64,000 nucleotides of DNA from Burkholderiaceae bacterium (GCA_036844405.1 DAIUFU010000001.1:9644-73643); one strand, 5' to 3'. Positions 11,755-23,479 are shown, counted from the first letter of the stretch. A program made the numbers and translations. Notes: generated by a model from the letters alone, not told the origin.

Positions 11755-14700
11755 AGCAGATCGAGCGCCGTGTCGGTGCCGGCCTGTGCCTGCAGTGACA
11801 GCCGGCGGGTGATCGCGTACTGGATGCGGAAAATGTTCCAGACCCCGTGCAGACCCTGCTCGTACGTCACCATCAGACGCGTGCCCAGGCGCTTGCCGAT
11901 CGCCAGGACGTCACCGGTGGCGCTGGCATCGGGCACCGCCCCACCCGTCTGGCCCGGGAAACTGGCACCGAAGTCCTGGTTGAATCCGCTGCCGGTACCG
12001 GCGCTGCGGATCGTGAGCACATCGAGCCCGAGGGCATGCGTGAGCCCGCCCGAGTCACCGCCGCTGCCCAGCAGGGTGGCGGCCGCCGCCTGCAGGGCAG
12101 CCAGCTGCGCACCGCTGCCGGCATCATCGAAACCGACGCCCAGCACGAGCCAGGACAGCTTCTCGGCATCGGGCACTTCGGGATCGGAGACCAGCTGCAC
12201 GCGCGGCGAGAGGACCGTTCCGGTCACACTGACACCGGCTTCGACCGGCTGGTCCCGGCGCATGGCGACGATGTCGAGCACCGGATTGTCGATCGGCCCG
12301 TCGAAGATCACCCGGCCGCGGGTGATCTGCAGGGTCTGCCCCCAGGCGGTATAGGTTCCCCTGAACACCCGTACGGTTCCGTGGGCAAGCGGGTTTTCCG
12401 GCAAGCTGCCTCCGAGGGTCAGCGATCCGGCCAGCCGGAGATCGGCACCACTGCCGCGGATGCGCAATTCGCGACCGAGATCGAGTTCGAGATCCGCCAG
12501 CACGCGCAGGCCTTCAGGCTGCCCCGCATCCTCACCGTCGCCCGCCGTCGTCTCCGCGCCATGCCCCGACGCGGGCTCATGGCCGATGATCACGACATCG
12601 TCAGGCCGGGCCGGGACTTCGCCGCCGCGCAGCTCGATCAGGCCCTCGTCGACACGAAGCTTGCCGCGCCACTGCAGGGCCGCCTGTCGGCTCGTGATCG
12701 TCGTCGTGCCGGAGACGACCAGACGCTCTCCGGGACCCAGCGGCACCGTCAGCCGATCGGCGCGCAGCCCGAAGTCACCGCGCAGACCTTCGAGCTGCAG
12801 CGCGCCACTGAGCACGATGGCCCCTTCGCCGGACTCGAGCCGCAGCTCGTGCAGAACCAGTCGGTCGCCGTCGAAATCGGCCCGCAGGCTGCCCTGGTCG
12901 AGCCGCCAACCCAGTTCATGCTGGGTGAGCGCGAGCGATCGTCCGGTGAGCGTCCCGTCAAGAAGCGGAGCCGCCACGGTGCCGCGCAGCCGTCCGTCGA
13001 AACGGGTCTGTCCGGCAACGCTCCATGCCGGCCCGAGTGCGCGATCGACAAAGGCCAGCGTCGGAATGTGCAGACTCACCCGTCCGTCGAGCCGGCCTTC
13101 GTCCAGAGTGAGATCGATGCGCCCGTGCTCTTCGGAACGGACCGCGCCGGGCAGGTCGATACGCACCCGTCCATCTGGCCGCAGCGGATCGTCACCGTGC
13201 ACGTCCCACTGGGCATCGACGCGCAGCGCCGCCAGTTCCGCCCGGGCAGCCCGGGTGGTCTCGTCCTCCTGCGGCACGGCGAAGCGGCTCAGCCAGGCAC
13301 CCATCGGTACGTCCCGGGCCTGCCCACGCACGACGTAATGCCCGTCGGTCCAGGCGAGTTCCTCCAGACGCAGGCGGGCCTCGTCGTAGAAATGCACGTC
13401 ACCGGCCGGCGTCACGTGAGCGGACCGCTCCGTCCGGTCGGCCGGCTCCGCGTCACTGGCAGCTCTGGCACCGCCGATGCGCCAGTCCGATTCGCCCAGC
13501 GAAAATCCGTGTGGATCGATGTGCAGACCGGCCGGCGCTTCCAGACGCAGGGCCAGTCGTTCGTCGCGAACGAGAACGTGACTGGCATCCGCCTGCAGCA
13601 GACGCCCGTCCCAGGACCAGGCCGCTGCACCCTCGTGCCCGGACGGCATGGGTGCGAGCGAACCCGCGGCATGCAACGAGGCCGCACGCTCCGGATCGGA
13701 CAGCGCAATGTCGATCGTGTGTGCATCCTGATCGCCCGACAGCGCCAGATCCAGTCGATCGATCCGGTTGTCCGACGCCACGAGCGCCTGCGCCCGGAAC
13801 GCCGCCTGGACGGATCCGGACGGCCGGGCACGGTTCGCCGCATTGGCTGGTCCGGTGGCTGCCCGGGTGCCGGACAGCCAGTCATCCAGCATCCAGTCCC
13901 TCAGTTCGAGTTCCCCGTTCAGGGAGTCCAGCTGTACGTCCTGCTCCCAGGCAAGCGCACTGGCCGAAATCTTCATCCGTGCGCTCAGCGGCACCCGCGT
14001 CCAGCCGCCCGCCAGCTCTCCGGTCAGCGCCAGCGTACCCTTTGCACGCGCATCGAGTTCATCGAGCGCGCCGGCGCGCAAGGCAACGGTCAGGCGGTCG
14101 GAGGCACGCCCCAGCGCACCGTTTGCGCGTGCCCGCAGATGGCCGAACCCGACGACAGCCGCGACGTTCTCGATGTACTGCATCGTCAGATCGGCACGCC
14201 AGTCCAGCTGCACGTTTCTGCCGGCGAGTGTCCCGGGGGCAACCGTCAGACGCGTGGCCAGTTGCGGGTCGGGCCAGACGCGGCCGCGAGCGCCCCAGGT
14301 GCCGTCCAGATGGCCGTGCCAGACGGCGGGCAGCGCCGCCTCCGGCAGCCCGGCCTGGGCGAGCAGCGTACTGAACCCGGCCGGATCGAGCGCAGAAAAG
14401 CGTCCATCGAGATCGACACGCCAGGGTGCCGCCAGCGTTGTGCTGCCGTGCGCTTCGAGCGTCCCCGCGGCAGTCTGCAGGCGTGCGCTGCCGATCTGCA
14501 GTTGCTCGTCATCGAAGCGCACGGCCAGCGTCAGGCCGGCACCCGGGACGAACCGGCCGGTATCGGCGATATCGGCCTGCAGCCGATCGCGCTCGACGCG
14601 CACCGACCCCGCCAGCCGCGTCGATGCCCAGCCGCCATGCAGCGCCGACAGATCAACGTCGCCGAGTTGCACCTGTCCCTGCATGACGGGGAGACCGACT

Positions 14701-15866
14701 TTCGCCCATGCCACGCGCTCACTGAAATCCAGCGTCAGATTGCCCTGCAGCAGGGCTTCGCCCGGCAGCGCCAGCTGCAGTTCGGCGATGCGCAGATGCG
14801 CCGGGTCACCGGTGAACGACAGCCGCACATCACGCACGGGGATCCGCTCATCGTCGATCCTGCCGGGCCGGGTATTGGTCAGATGCAGTTCGCCCGCGAA
14901 GCGGTTTCCGGCTTCCAGCCGCAAGCCGGCTCGCCCCGACACGCGCAGATCGGGGACGTCCCGCAGGCCGAACGAACCGGGTTCGACCGCATCGAGTTGC
15001 ACGTCGACCGGATCAAGCATTTCCGCCACGGTCGAGGCGAACGGACGCAGCCGGGTCCGGACACCGACCCATCCGGCCGGACGCGGCGGCGGGGAGGACG
15101 CCATCGGCTGCGGCAGAATCTGTGCGGCAATCGACAACTCGGTCAACGGACCGTCGACGCTCGCTTCGACCATCGGCGGCCTCCACTGCGGCTGACCGGC
15201 GAGCGCAAACTGCGGTGCCGCTTCGAGCACGAATCCGGTCTGGTACGGAACGCCGGCCTGCAGCGTGCCCCGTGCCTGCAGTGCGCCCCAGGGAGAAGAG
15301 AAAGCCAGGCGATCGATCCGATAGCTGTCGTCGCGATACATGGCGCTCAGCGACAACTCGCGCAGGTCGGCCAGTTCCGTCTGTGCGCCTGTTGCACCAT
15401 CCGGAGCGGGCGTCTGCGCCCGAGCCACCCGCAATCGGCCGATATCTAGGGCATCGATGCGTACCGCCAGTGGCAGGCCGAGCGAATCCGGCAACTGCAC
15501 TTCACTGGCCTCTTCCGTCGGATGCAGCACGACGCGCACATCGGTTGCCGCGATCTGCGGCAGATGCAATTCGCCGCGCAACAGCGCGTCCGCGCGCAAT
15601 CGTGCCCGCAGGTCGTCGATCGCGACATCGCGCGCGCCGTCGTTCCAGCGCACGGACTCGAGCCGGAAGCCGCCGAGCAGGGTGCCCTGGACGCGACCGA
15701 CGTGCAGGGATCCATGACTGGCGGCAACCGCGCGCGCCAGCGACCAGCGCAGGAAGGAATCGGTCTGCCCGGCCCACCACAGGAGGACGGTCGCCGCCAC
15801 CAGCACGAACGCGACCAGCCCTGCGAGCATGCGCAGGAGCAGACGCGATATCGTCCGCGCGGCCAT
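11703..15866 (-). CDS. tamB: Translocation and assembly module subunit TamB
   Basis: 1387 aa, N-terminal TM anchor, C-terminal DUF490-like region (GRVIFDGPIDNPVLDI, LVSDPEVPDAEKLSWL); follows tamA. Confidence 0.9.
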   Translation of the reverse strand: MAARTISRLLLRMLAGLVAFVLVAATVLLWWAGQTDSFLRWSLARAVAASHGSLHVGRVQGTLLGGFRLESVRWNDGARDVAIDDLRARLRADALLRGELHLPQIAATDVRVVLHPTEEASEVQLPDSLGLPLAVRIDALDIGRLRVARAQTPAPDGATGAQTELADLRELSLSAMYRDDSYRIDRLAFSSPWGALQARGTLQAGVPYQTGFVLEAAPQFALAGQPQWRPPMVEASVDGPLTELSIAAQILPQPMASSPPPRPAGWVGVRTRLRPFASTVAEMLDPVDVQLDAVEPGSFGLRDVPDLRVSGRAGLRLEAGNRFAGELHLTNTRPGRIDDERIPVRDVRLSFTGDPAHLRIAELQLALPGEALLQGNLTLDFSERVAWAKVGLPVMQGQVQLGDVDLSALHGGWASTRLAGSVRVERDRLQADIADTGRFVPGAGLTLAVRFDDEQLQIGSARLQTAAGTLEAHGSTTLAAPWRVDLDGRFSALDPAGFSTLLAQAGLPEAALPAVWHGHLDGTWGARGRVWPDPQLATRLTVAPGTLAGRNVQLDWRADLTMQYIENVAAVVGFGHLRARANGALGRASDRLTVALRAGALDELDARAKGTLALTGELAGGWTRVPLSARMKISASALAWEQDVQLDSLNGELELRDWMLDDWLSGTRAATGPANAANRARPSGSVQAAFRAQALVASDNRIDRLDLALSGDQDAHTIDIALSDPERAASLHAAGSLAPMPSGHEGAAAWSWDGRLLQADASHVLVRDERLALRLEAPAGLHIDPHGFSLGESDWRIGGARAASDAEPADRTERSAHVTPAGDVHFYDEARLRLEELAWTDGHYVVRGQARDVPMGAWLSRFAVPQEDETTRAARAELAALRVDAQWDVHGDDPLRPDGRVRIDLPGAVRSEEHGRIDLTLDEGRLDGRVSLHIPTLAFVDRALGPAWSVAGQTRFDGRLRGTVAAPLLDGTLTGRSLALTQHELGWRLDQGSLRADFDGDRLVLHELRLESGEGAIVLSGALQLEGLRGDFGLRADRLTVPLGPGERLVVSGTTTITSRQAALQWRGKLRVDEGLIELRGGEVPARPDDVVIIGHEPASGHGAETTAGDGEDAGQPEGLRVLADLELDLGRELRIRGSGADLRLAGSLTLGGSLPENPLAHGTVRVFRGTYTAWGQTLQITRGRVIFDGPIDNPVLDIVAMRRDQPVEAGVSVTGTVLSPRVQLVSDPEVPDAEKLSWLVLGVGFDDAGSGAQLAALQAAAATLLGSGGDSGGLTHALGLDVLTIRSAGTGSGFNQDFGASFPGQTGGAVPDASATGDVLAIGKRLGTRLMVTYEQGLHGVWNIFRIQYAITRRLSLQAQAGTDTALDLLYSFSFDWSGPRRRWQR

Positions 15867-17755
15867 CAGAAAGCGTACCCGACCGTGAAGTGCAGCCGCC
15901 AGGCGCGCACCGCCTCGCCATAGGCCAGGTCGAGATTCACCGGTCCGACCGGCGAACGCCAGCGCAGGCCGATCCCGTAACCGGCCACCGGATCGTAACG
16001 TCCCCAGGTATCGGCGGCGTCACCGATATCGAAAAATGCCGCTGCATACCAGTCGCGCCGCACCGGATGCTGGTATTCAACACTGCCCAGCGCCAGCACG
16101 CGCCCGCCGACCACGGCCCGGCCTTCGCGCACGCCGAGCGACAGGAAATCGTAGCCGCGAACCGTACTGGCGCCGCCGGTCCGAAACAGGTTCTCCGACG
16201 GAATGCCGTCCCGTGCCGCCGCAAACACCTGTCCGACCTCGGCCATGCCGACCAGAATTCCGCCTTCGAGCCAGGTCTCGTCCGGCATCGGCCAGAATCC
16301 CATGACGCGCGTGTGCGCGCGCACGAAACTGCGGTCGCTGAGCACCGATTCCGAAGCGCCGGACAGCGACGCACTGATCGAATAGCCGCGATGCGGATCG
16401 ATCAGCGAGTCGAGGCGTCTGGTGCTCCAGGTCCAGGCAAGGGTCAGCGCCTGCGACGAGCCGATGGGTCCAAGACCGCGCACACGGCGATCCTCGGTCT
16501 GGTACTGCAGCGAAAGAAAGCGCACGGCATTGCCGGTACGCTTGCCTTCGCCAAAGAAGGCGGTTTTCTTGTCCGTGCGTTCGCCCTGCACATCGAACTG
16601 CTCGAGACGCACCCCACCCTGGTAATAATGGCCACTGGCCTTCTGTGGCGTGCGCACGCTGGCGAACACGCGCCGGCGCACGCTTTGCAGCAACACGCCG
16701 GATTCGAGCTGCCAGGCACGACCGAGCAGGTCGCGGTGGTCGTAGCCGAACAGCGCACGCGCCCCTTCATCGGTGCTCACGCCGACGCCCATGGTCACAT
16801 GCTGCGCCGGCCGCTCGCTCAGGCGAACCCGGATCGGCACGGTCGTGCGCGCCGGATCGGCCAGTACGGCCGCAAAATCCGGCAGCACTTCCACGGATCC
16901 GAAGTAGCCGGATTCGCGCAGCCGCCCCTGAAAGGCAAGCAGTTCGTCAAAATCGTAGGGAAGCAGCGCCCGCGCCGCGACGTCTTCCGCACCCGTCGCC
17001 GAAGCCTGCCCGGGTCGGTCGTCCCGGTCGCCCCGGTCGTCCCCGCCGCCCCCACCGTACTTCTCCCAGGGCGCCAGCGCGCGCACGATCGATTCGTCGT
17101 ACCGTGCCAGCCCCTCGATCGTCATCGGACCGAAATCCAGGCGCGGACCGGTGCTTACCCGCAGGCTCAGCGCCGCCGTCGTGTTCTCGGGATCGACGCG
17201 GGCTTCGCTGGCCACGATCCGCGCGCGCACGTAGCCGCGCTGCTGCAATGCGTCGATCAGCAAGCGCTTGCCCGAGGTCCACTCCGTACTGCGGAAAAAA
17301 CTGCCTTCGGGCAAAGGCCAGCGCATGAGCAGCCAGTCGCCCACGCGTTCCGGCTGCTGCGTGCCATCGACCGACAGATCGACCGCGTTGACCGTCGTGC
17401 GCGCACCGGCGTCGACGCGGATTTCCACCACCGGCAGGCGCTCGTCCTGCCCTTCCCGGTAGCGGACTTCGGCATGCGCCGAATAGAATCCGGCGGCCTG
17501 CGCAATCGCTTCCGCCTCGGTTCGGGCGCGTTCGAGAAACAACGGCATCTGCTCCGGCTGAAAGCCGGCGTCATCGATCCAGCGTCCCACGAGCGTGCGC
17601 GTGCGGATCGGTTCGACCAGTTCGGACAGCGCCTCGACGCGCAACTGGTAATTCGCTGCCTGCACCGCAATCGGCAGGACACCCGAGACCACCGTAACGC
17701 AGGCGGCCCCGGCGGCGATCAGATCACGGCCGCGAACGCCCGACCCCCGTCGCAT
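15866..17755 (-). CDS. tamA: Omp85-family outer membrane protein TamA
   Basis: POTRA-like repeats, [30 protein letters not shown]-terminal Phe; start approximate. Confidence 0.9.
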   Translation of the reverse strand: MRRGSGVRGRDLIAAGAACVTVVSGVLPIAVQAANYQLRVEALSELVEPIRTRTLVGRWIDDAGFQPEQMPLFLERARTEAEAIAQAAGFYSAHAEVRYREGQDERLPVVEIRVDAGARTTVNAVDLSVDGTQQPERVGDWLLMRWPLPEGSFFRSTEWTSGKRLLIDALQQRGYVRARIVASEARVDPENTTAALSLRVSTGPRLDFGPMTIEGLARYDESIVRALAPWEKYGGGGGDDRGDRDDRPGQASATGAEDVAARALLPYDFDELLAFQGRLRESGYFGSVEVLPDFAAVLADPARTTVPIRVRLSERPAQHVTMGVGVSTDEGARALFGYDHRDLLGRAWQLESGVLLQSVRRRVFASVRTPQKASGHYYQGGVRLEQFDVQGERTDKKTAFFGEGKRTGNAVRFLSLQYQTEDRRVRGLGPIGSSQALTLAWTWSTRRLDSLIDPHRGYSISASLSGASESVLSDRSFVRAHTRVMGFWPMPDETWLEGGILVGMAEVGQVFAAARDGIPSENLFRTGGASTVRGYDFLSLGVREGRAVVGGRVLALGSVEYQHPVRRDWYAAAFFDIGDAADTWGRYDPVAGYGIGLRWRSPVGPVNLDLAYGEAVRAWRLHFTVGYAF

Positions 17756-18801
17756 GGTTCGATCTCCCCGATGCGGAATACGGTTTCACCGGCCTCCTGC
17801 AACAGGGCGGTCGCGCGTGCAACGTCGTCGGCAGCGACGATGACGACCATGCCGATGCCGCAATTGAACACGCGATGCATCTCCTGCACGTCGATCGCAC
17901 CGTGCCGCTCGATCCAGTCGAACAACGGCGGCCGCTGCCAGGCGTCGCGCCGCATCACCGCCTGGAGCCCAGGCGGCAGGATCCGCGGGACGTTTTCGAG
18001 CAGACCGCCGCCCGTGATGTGGGCAATCCCCCTGACCGGCACCTGTGCCAGCAGATCGAGGACGGGGCGCACATAGATGCGTGTCGGCGCCAGCACGGCA
18101 TCGACGAAACGGCCGCCATGGAAATCGTCCTGCATCTGCGGCGCATCGATCGAACCCCAGGTCCGCTCGATCACGCGCCGCAGCAGCGAATAACCGTTCG
18201 AATGCGCACCGCTGGAGGCCAGCCCGAGCACGACGTCGCCGGCGGCGATGGCGCGTCCGTCGATGATCCGGTCCTTTTCGACGACGCCGACAGCAAACCC
18301 GGCGAGATCGTATTCACCGTCCGGATACATGTCCGGCATCTCGGCCGTCTCGCCGCCGATCAGGGCGCAACCGGCCTGCTCGCAACCACGTGCGATGCCG
18401 GCGACGACCCGTTCGGCAACGTCGACGTCGAGTCGCCCGCAGGCAAAATAATCGAGGAAAAAAAGTGGTTCGGCTCCCTGCACGATGATGTCGTTGACGC
18501 TCATCGCCACCAGATCGATGCCGACCGTGTCGTGCCCATCGAGCGCAAAGGCCAGCCGCAGCTTGGTGCCGACACCGTCGGTGCCGGACACGAGCACCGG
18601 CTCGCGGTAGCGCTTCGGTACCTCGAACAGCGCACCAAAACCGCCAATGCCACCCAGCACTCCCTCCCGCATCGTGCGCCGCGCCCAGGGCGCGATGCGC
18701 TGCACGAGTTCCTCGCCGGCATCGATGTCGACGCCGGCGTCACGGTAGGAAAGGCGGCTTGAAGACGGGGAAGGCGGAGAAGGGGATCTGGAAGCAGCCA
18801 T
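17719..18801 (-). CDS. purM: Phosphoribosylformylglycinamidine cyclo-ligase
   Basis: [40 protein letters not shown]. Confidence 0.98.
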   Translation of the reverse strand: MAASRSPSPPSPSSSRLSYRDAGVDIDAGEELVQRIAPWARRTMREGVLGGIGGFGALFEVPKRYREPVLVSGTDGVGTKLRLAFALDGHDTVGIDLVAMSVNDIIVQGAEPLFFLDYFACGRLDVDVAERVVAGIARGCEQAGCALIGGETAEMPDMYPDGEYDLAGFAVGVVEKDRIIDGRAIAAGDVVLGLASSGAHSNGYSLLRRVIERTWGSIDAPQMQDDFHGGRFVDAVLAPTRIYVRPVLDLLAQVPVRGIAHITGGGLLENVPRILPPGLQAVMRRDAWQRPPLFDWIERHGAIDVQEMHRVFNCGIGMVVIVAADDVARATALLQEAGETVFRIGEIEPCDGGRAFAAVI

Positions 18802-18994
18802 GAAAATGCCGGGTCGTACGGGCTGCGCCGCAACCCGATAAAATCATGGACCGTGCGGAACCCCGCATCCGATCCGATCGTCTTCGACGATTGTAGCTGC
18901 TCGCCCGATCACGCATTGTCCGGACCCCGCCAGGGCTGCCGGCAGGCTGCGCGAGCGCCTGACTGAATCGACGGTGCCCGAAAGGCACGCCGGA

Positions 18995-19816
18995 ATGCAA
19001 CAGATACCCCTGGATCTCTATCAGGTCGAAGAACCGACGCTGGAAAATTTCATTGCCGGGCGCAATACGGAAGCGCTGGCCTGTCTGCGCACCTGGCGCG
19101 ATGCCCCGGCGGCAGCTGCAGGCACGGTTCGCCTGGCCCATCTCTGGGGCGAGCCGGGCTGCGGCAGGAAGCACCTGGTGCACGCCAGCGCCGGGGAAAA
19201 CCGGATTGCGGCCGCCACCACGCCCACCGATGCATTGTGCGCGACCGTCAGGAAATGGATCGCCGCCTGCGCGAACACCCGCACGGGGCCTGCGCCCGCC
19301 CCCCCCCGCGTCTTCGCCATCACCGACGTCGAGGCACTCGATGCGGCCGGCCAGGAGCAGGTGTTTCACCTGGTCAACCAGATCCAGGCGAATCCGGGCA
19401 ACGCGCTGCTGACCACCGGCGCACAGGCGCCGCTGGCACTGCCGCTGCGGGCCGAACTGCGTACGCGCCTGGGTTCGGGGCTCGTCTTCCGGCTGCACCT
19501 GCTCGACGACGCCGACAAGAGCCGGGTGCTCCGCCGGATTGCCAGGGAGCGCGGCGTGCGCATCGCACCCGATGTGCTGCCCTGGCTGCTGCGGCACACG
19601 TCGCGCGACATCCGTGCGCTCGTGCAGCTCTTCGATGCGCTCGATCGGCATGCGTTCGAGCACCGGCGGGCCATTACCCTCCCCCTGCTGCGCGAATGGC
19701 TCGCACGGGCCACTGCGGCGCAGACCATCCGCGACCGGGCCTCGGACGAGTCCGATGCCCGCAGACTCGAAACAGCGCCGGAGCACCCGCCCGGGAAACA
19801 TCAACAACCGTCATAA
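18995..19816 (+). CDS. hda: DnaA regulatory inactivator Hda
   Basis: N-terminal clamp-binding QIPL, degenerate Walker A GEPGCGRKHL, LRTRLGSGLVF; divergent from purM. Confidence 0.88.
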   Translation: MQQIPLDLYQVEEPTLENFIAGRNTEALACLRTWRDAPAAAAGTVRLAHLWGEPGCGRKHLVHASAGENRIAAATTPTDALCATVRKWIAACANTRTGPAPAPPRVFAITDVEALDAAGQEQVFHLVNQIQANPGNALLTTGAQAPLALPLRAELRTRLGSGLVFRLHLLDDADKSRVLRRIARERGVRIAPDVLPWLLRHTSRDIRALVQLFDALDRHAFEHRRAITLPLLREWLARATAAQTIRDRASDESDARRLETAPEHPPGKHQQPS

Positions 19817-20568
19817 TGCTGACCGTGTCCCCACCCCTCAATCACGACATCGCCCCGGACCGGAGCGTTACTTCCGAGGCGGCGCTCGACGCTTCGGGTG
19901 CGTCCGGCCTGGCCCTGTTCGATCTCGACCAGACCCTGCTGCCCATCGACAGCGATTTCGAATGGGGCCGCTTTCTGGTCGGCATCGGTGCCGTCGACGG
20001 CACCGAATATGATCGGCGCAACCGGCAGTTCTTCGACCAGTACCATGCGGGGACGCTCGACATCGGCGAGTTTCTCGCCTTCCAGCTGGCACCGCTGGCC
20101 GCCTGGCCGGCCGAACGGCTCGATCACTGGCGGGCACGATTTCTCGAAGAAGTCATCCGTCCGAAAATCCTCGCGCCGGCACGCACCCTCGTCGAGCGCC
20201 ATCGGGCGGACGGCGACCTGTGCGCCATCGTCACGGCTACCAACGAATTCGTCACCAGGCCGATTGCTGCCGAGTTCGGCGTCGAACACCTGATCGCGAC
20301 AGAGGTGGAGTTCGTCGACGGGCGCTACACCGGCCGGCCGCGCGGCACGCCATCGTTCCGCCAGGGCAAGGTCGAGCGTACCGGCGAATGGCTTGCGTCG
20401 CTCGGACAGCGCTGGGACGGTTTTGCACGAACGTATTTCTACAGCGACTCGCTCAATGATCTTCCGCTGCTCGAACGCGTGAGCCACCCGATCGCCACCA
20501 ATCCCGACCCGCAACTGGCCGCTCTCGCGCAGGAACGTGGCTGGCGCACATTGCAACTGTTCGAATGA
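19816..20568 (+). CDS. HAD-IB family hydrolase (SerB/histidinol phosphatase-like)
   Basis: LALFDLDQTL, IVTATN, FYSDSLNDLPLL; TAATG overlap with hda stop. Confidence 0.9.
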   Translation: MLTVSPPLNHDIAPDRSVTSEAALDASGASGLALFDLDQTLLPIDSDFEWGRFLVGIGAVDGTEYDRRNRQFFDQYHAGTLDIGEFLAFQLAPLAAWPAERLDHWRARFLEEVIRPKILAPARTLVERHRADGDLCAIVTATNEFVTRPIAAEFGVEHLIATEVEFVDGRYTGRPRGTPSFRQGKVERTGEWLASLGQRWDGFARTYFYSDSLNDLPLLERVSHPIATNPDPQLAALAQERGWRTLQLFE

Positions 20569-21947
20569 TCCGCAAGCTGATCAATCGCGTGTTCGCGAAA
20601 ACCGCCGCGCCGCGTTTGCGCAAACGGCCCAACCGCTACCGCGGCAGTGAACAGGGAATGCCGCTGGCCGACGTGTCGAAGGCGGCCATCCGCACCTGCG
20701 AAACCCTGCAGCAGGCCGGCTTCCAGGCCTGGATCGTCGGCGGCGGCGTGCGCGATCTGCTGCTCGACCTGAAACCGAAGGACTTCGACGTCGCCACCGA
20801 CGCGACGCCCGACGAGGTGCGCAGGCTGTTTCGCCGCTCGCGCATCATCGGGCGCCGGTTCCAGATCGTTCACGTGCTCCACGGACGCGACACGATCGAG
20901 GTCTCCACCTTCCGCTCGATGCAACCGGCGGCCGAGACCGACGAGCACGGACGGGTGCTGCGCGACAATGTCTGGGGAACGCAGGCGGAAGACGCGATGC
21001 GGCGTGACTTCACGATCAATGCGCTCTATTACGACCCGGTCAGCGACATCCTGCTCGATTATCACGATGGCGTGAAGGACATGCGCCAGCGCGTGCTGCG
21101 CATGATCGGCGACCCGGCGAGCCGCTATCGCGAAGATCCGGTGCGCATGCTGCGTGTGGCGCGCTTTGCCGCCAAGCTCGATTTCACCGTCGAGCCGCGG
21201 ACCCAGCAGCCGATCGGCGAACTCAAGGACCTGCTGCGCAATGTTCCGGCGGCGCGCCTGTTCGACGAAATGCTCAAGTTGCTGCTCTCCGGCCGGTCCA
21301 TGGCCTGCCTGCAGGAACTGCGGCGTCTGGGCCTGCATCACGGACTGCTGCCGATGCTCGACGTGATCCTCGGCCAGCCGGACGAGACCCGCTTCGTGCA
21401 GGCTGCACTGGCCGCCACCGATGCGCGCGTGCTGGCGGACAAGAGCGTATCGCCGGGATTCCTGTTCGCCGCACTGCTCTGGCAACCGGTACGTATCCGC
21501 TGGGAAAAGCGCACCGGACGCGGCGAGCACGCGATCCCCGCGCTGACGGCAGCCATCGAATCGGTCCTCGATGAACAGGCCGGACGGCTGGCGATCCAGC
21601 GCCGTTTCATTGCCGACATGCGCGAAATCTGGATGATGCAGCCGCGTTTCGAGCGCCGCGTCGGCCGTTCCCCGCATACGCTCGTGACGCACAAGCGCTT
21701 TCGGGCCGGCTGGGACTTCCTGATGCTGCGCTGCGAATCCGGCGAAATGCCGGCGGAACTGGGCGAGTGGTGGCACGAATTTGCCCACACCGACGCCGCC
21801 GGCCGCCAGGAAATGCTCGAACGCAGGACCGGCGCCGCCGCGCCCGCCAAACGCAAGCGGCGCGGGCGCCGGCGCAAACCGGCCGACACCGGCGCCGGCG
21901 AAGGCGCGGCCGGCAGCGCGGACGGTGCGCTGGCGGAGAACGCGTAA
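20565..21947 (+). CDS. pcnB: Poly(A) polymerase I
   Basis: VGGGVRDLLL, KDFDVATDA, IIGRRF..VHV, RRDFTINAL, EDPVRMLR, basic C-terminus. Confidence 0.96.
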   Translation: MIRKLINRVFAKTAAPRLRKRPNRYRGSEQGMPLADVSKAAIRTCETLQQAGFQAWIVGGGVRDLLLDLKPKDFDVATDATPDEVRRLFRRSRIIGRRFQIVHVLHGRDTIEVSTFRSMQPAAETDEHGRVLRDNVWGTQAEDAMRRDFTINALYYDPVSDILLDYHDGVKDMRQRVLRMIGDPASRYREDPVRMLRVARFAAKLDFTVEPRTQQPIGELKDLLRNVPAARLFDEMLKLLLSGRSMACLQELRRLGLHHGLLPMLDVILGQPDETRFVQAALAATDARVLADKSVSPGFLFAALLWQPVRIRWEKRTGRGEHAIPALTAAIESVLDEQAGRLAIQRRFIADMREIWMMQPRFERRVGRSPHTLVTHKRFRAGWDFLMLRCESGEMPAELGEWWHEFAHTDAAGRQEMLERRTGAAAPAKRKRRGRRRKPADTGAGEGAAGSADGALAENA

Positions 21948-21954
21948 GCTGGCG

Positions 21955-22476
21955 ATGCGCGCCTGGATCGGACTCGGCGCCAATCTCGGCGAACCGGCCA
22001 CGACCTTCACAGAAGCTTTGCGGCGCATCGACGCGCTCGCCGGCATCGACGTCTGCCGGACCTCGTCGATCTGGCGCAGCGCACCGGTCGACGCCCCGGG
22101 CCCCGACTATCACAATGCGGTGGCCGAACTGCACGCGCATTGCACCCCGCAGGCATTGCTGGCCAGCCTGCTGCAGATCGAAAAAGCGCTCGGGCGCACG
22201 AGGCCGTTCCGGCATGCGCCACGGACCATCGATCTCGACTTCCTGCTGGCACAGGATGACGAAGGAGCACCTGTCATCGTCACAACCGCATCCCTGTGCC
22301 TGCCGCATCCACGGCTGCACGAACGGGCATTCGCCCTGGCACCGCTGGCCGAACTCGATCCTGCGCTCGAGGTTCCCGGCCGCGGCCGGATTGCGGCGCT
22401 GCTCGAGGTCTGCACCGGACAACCGATCGAACGGATCGCGCCGCCGCTGGCCGGATGGAACGGAAAGAACGCATGA
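21955..22476 (+). CDS. folK: 2-amino-4-hydroxy-6-hydroxymethyldihydropteridine pyrophosphokinase
   Basis: WIGLGANLG, PRTIDLD, LPHPRLHERAF. Confidence 0.95.
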   Translation: MRAWIGLGANLGEPATTFTEALRRIDALAGIDVCRTSSIWRSAPVDAPGPDYHNAVAELHAHCTPQALLASLLQIEKALGRTRPFRHAPRTIDLDFLLAQDDEGAPVIVTTASLCLPHPRLHERAFALAPLAELDPALEVPGRGRIAALLEVCTGQPIERIAPPLAGWNGKNA

Positions 22477-22820
22477 ACCTGCCGATCCCGCTGCAGACCA
22501 TCGCTTTGCTGACCGCCTCGAACGTCTTCATGACGATCGCCTGGTACGCGCACCTGAAGAACCTCGCGGACCGGCCGTGGTGGATCGCCGCCCTGGCCAG
22601 CTGGGGAATCGCCTTCTTCGAATACCTGCTGCAGGTCCCGGCGAACCGCATCGGCTACACGCATTTCACGTTGCCGCAACTGAAGATCGCGCAGGAAGTG
22701 ATTGCGCTGGCCGTCTTTGCGCCGTTTGCCGTACTGTATATGGGGCAGCCGCTGAAACTCGACTACCTGTGGGCGGCACTGTGCCTGCTCGGCGCCGTCT
22801 ACTTCATTTTCCGTTCATGA
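22473..22820 (+). CDS. Small DMT-superfamily membrane protein (DUF486-like)
   Basis: SNVFMTIAWYAHLK, SWGIAFFEYLLQVPANRIG, QLKI.QEVI. Confidence 0.88.
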   Translation: MNLPIPLQTIALLTASNVFMTIAWYAHLKNLADRPWWIAALASWGIAFFEYLLQVPANRIGYTHFTLPQLKIAQEVIALAVFAPFAVLYMGQPLKLDYLWAALCLLGAVYFIFRS

Positions 22821-23479
22821 CCACGCCCGCCCGCCTGTCCCCTTTCGAGAAATACCGGCACATCGTCATCGAAGGTCCGATCGGTGTCGGCAAGACCTCG
22901 CTGGCCCGGAGGCTGGCCGATCGTTTCGACGCCAGGCCGGTACTCGAAGACCCGGCCGCCAATCCGTTCCTGGAACGCTTCTACCGCGATGCACGGCGCT
23001 ACGCGCTGCCGACGCAGCTGTGCTTCCTGTTCCAGCGCATGGACCAGTTGCGCGAACTGGCGCAGCATGAGCTGTTCTCACAGGCGGCCGTCGGTGACTT
23101 CCTGCTCGACAAGGATCCGCTGTTTGCGCACCTGACGCTGGCCGACGATGAACTGGCGCTGTACCGCCAGATCTTCGACAGCCTGCGTCCACAGGCGCCC
23201 GTGCCCGACCTCGTCATCTATCTGCAGGCCCAGCCCGATACGCTCGTCGAGCGTGTGCACCGGCGCGGCAGCGCAATGGAAGAGAGCATCCCGGAGTCGT
23301 ACCTGCGCGAACTGGCCGACAGTTACAGCCGGTTCTTTCACCAGTACGATGCGGCACCGCTGCTGATCGTCAACACCGAACATCTGAATCCGATCGATCG
23401 CGAGGAGGATTTCGAGCTGCTGCTGCAGCAGCTTGCCGGCCTGCGCGGACGGCGCGCCTTCTTCAACGTCGGAGAGTGA
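22817..23479 (+). CDS. Deoxynucleoside kinase family protein
   Basis: IEGPIGVGKTSL, NPFLERFY, PDLVIYLQA; usual position after folK. Confidence 0.92.
   Translation: MTTPARLSPFEKYRHIVIEGPIGVGKTSLARRLADRFDARPVLEDPAANPFLERFYRDARRYALPTQLCFLFQRMDQLRELAQHELFSQAAVGDFLLDKDPLFAHLTLADDELALYRQIFDSLRPQAPVPDLVIYLQAQPDTLVERVHRRGSAMEESIPESYLRELADSYSRFFHQYDAAPLLIVNTEHLNPIDREEDFELLLQQLAGLRGRRAFFNVGE

Noticed and set aside
11847..15449. Very long antisense or alternative-frame ORFs (e.g. 11847-15449, 58389-61742, 15122-18076, 33970-35916)
   Set aside because: Shadow ORFs of real genes caused by high GC and codon bias; no recognisable motifs.
19145..19180. Degenerate Walker A in Hda as a sign of inactivation
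   Set aside because: Arg in place of Lys is typical of Hda proteins.
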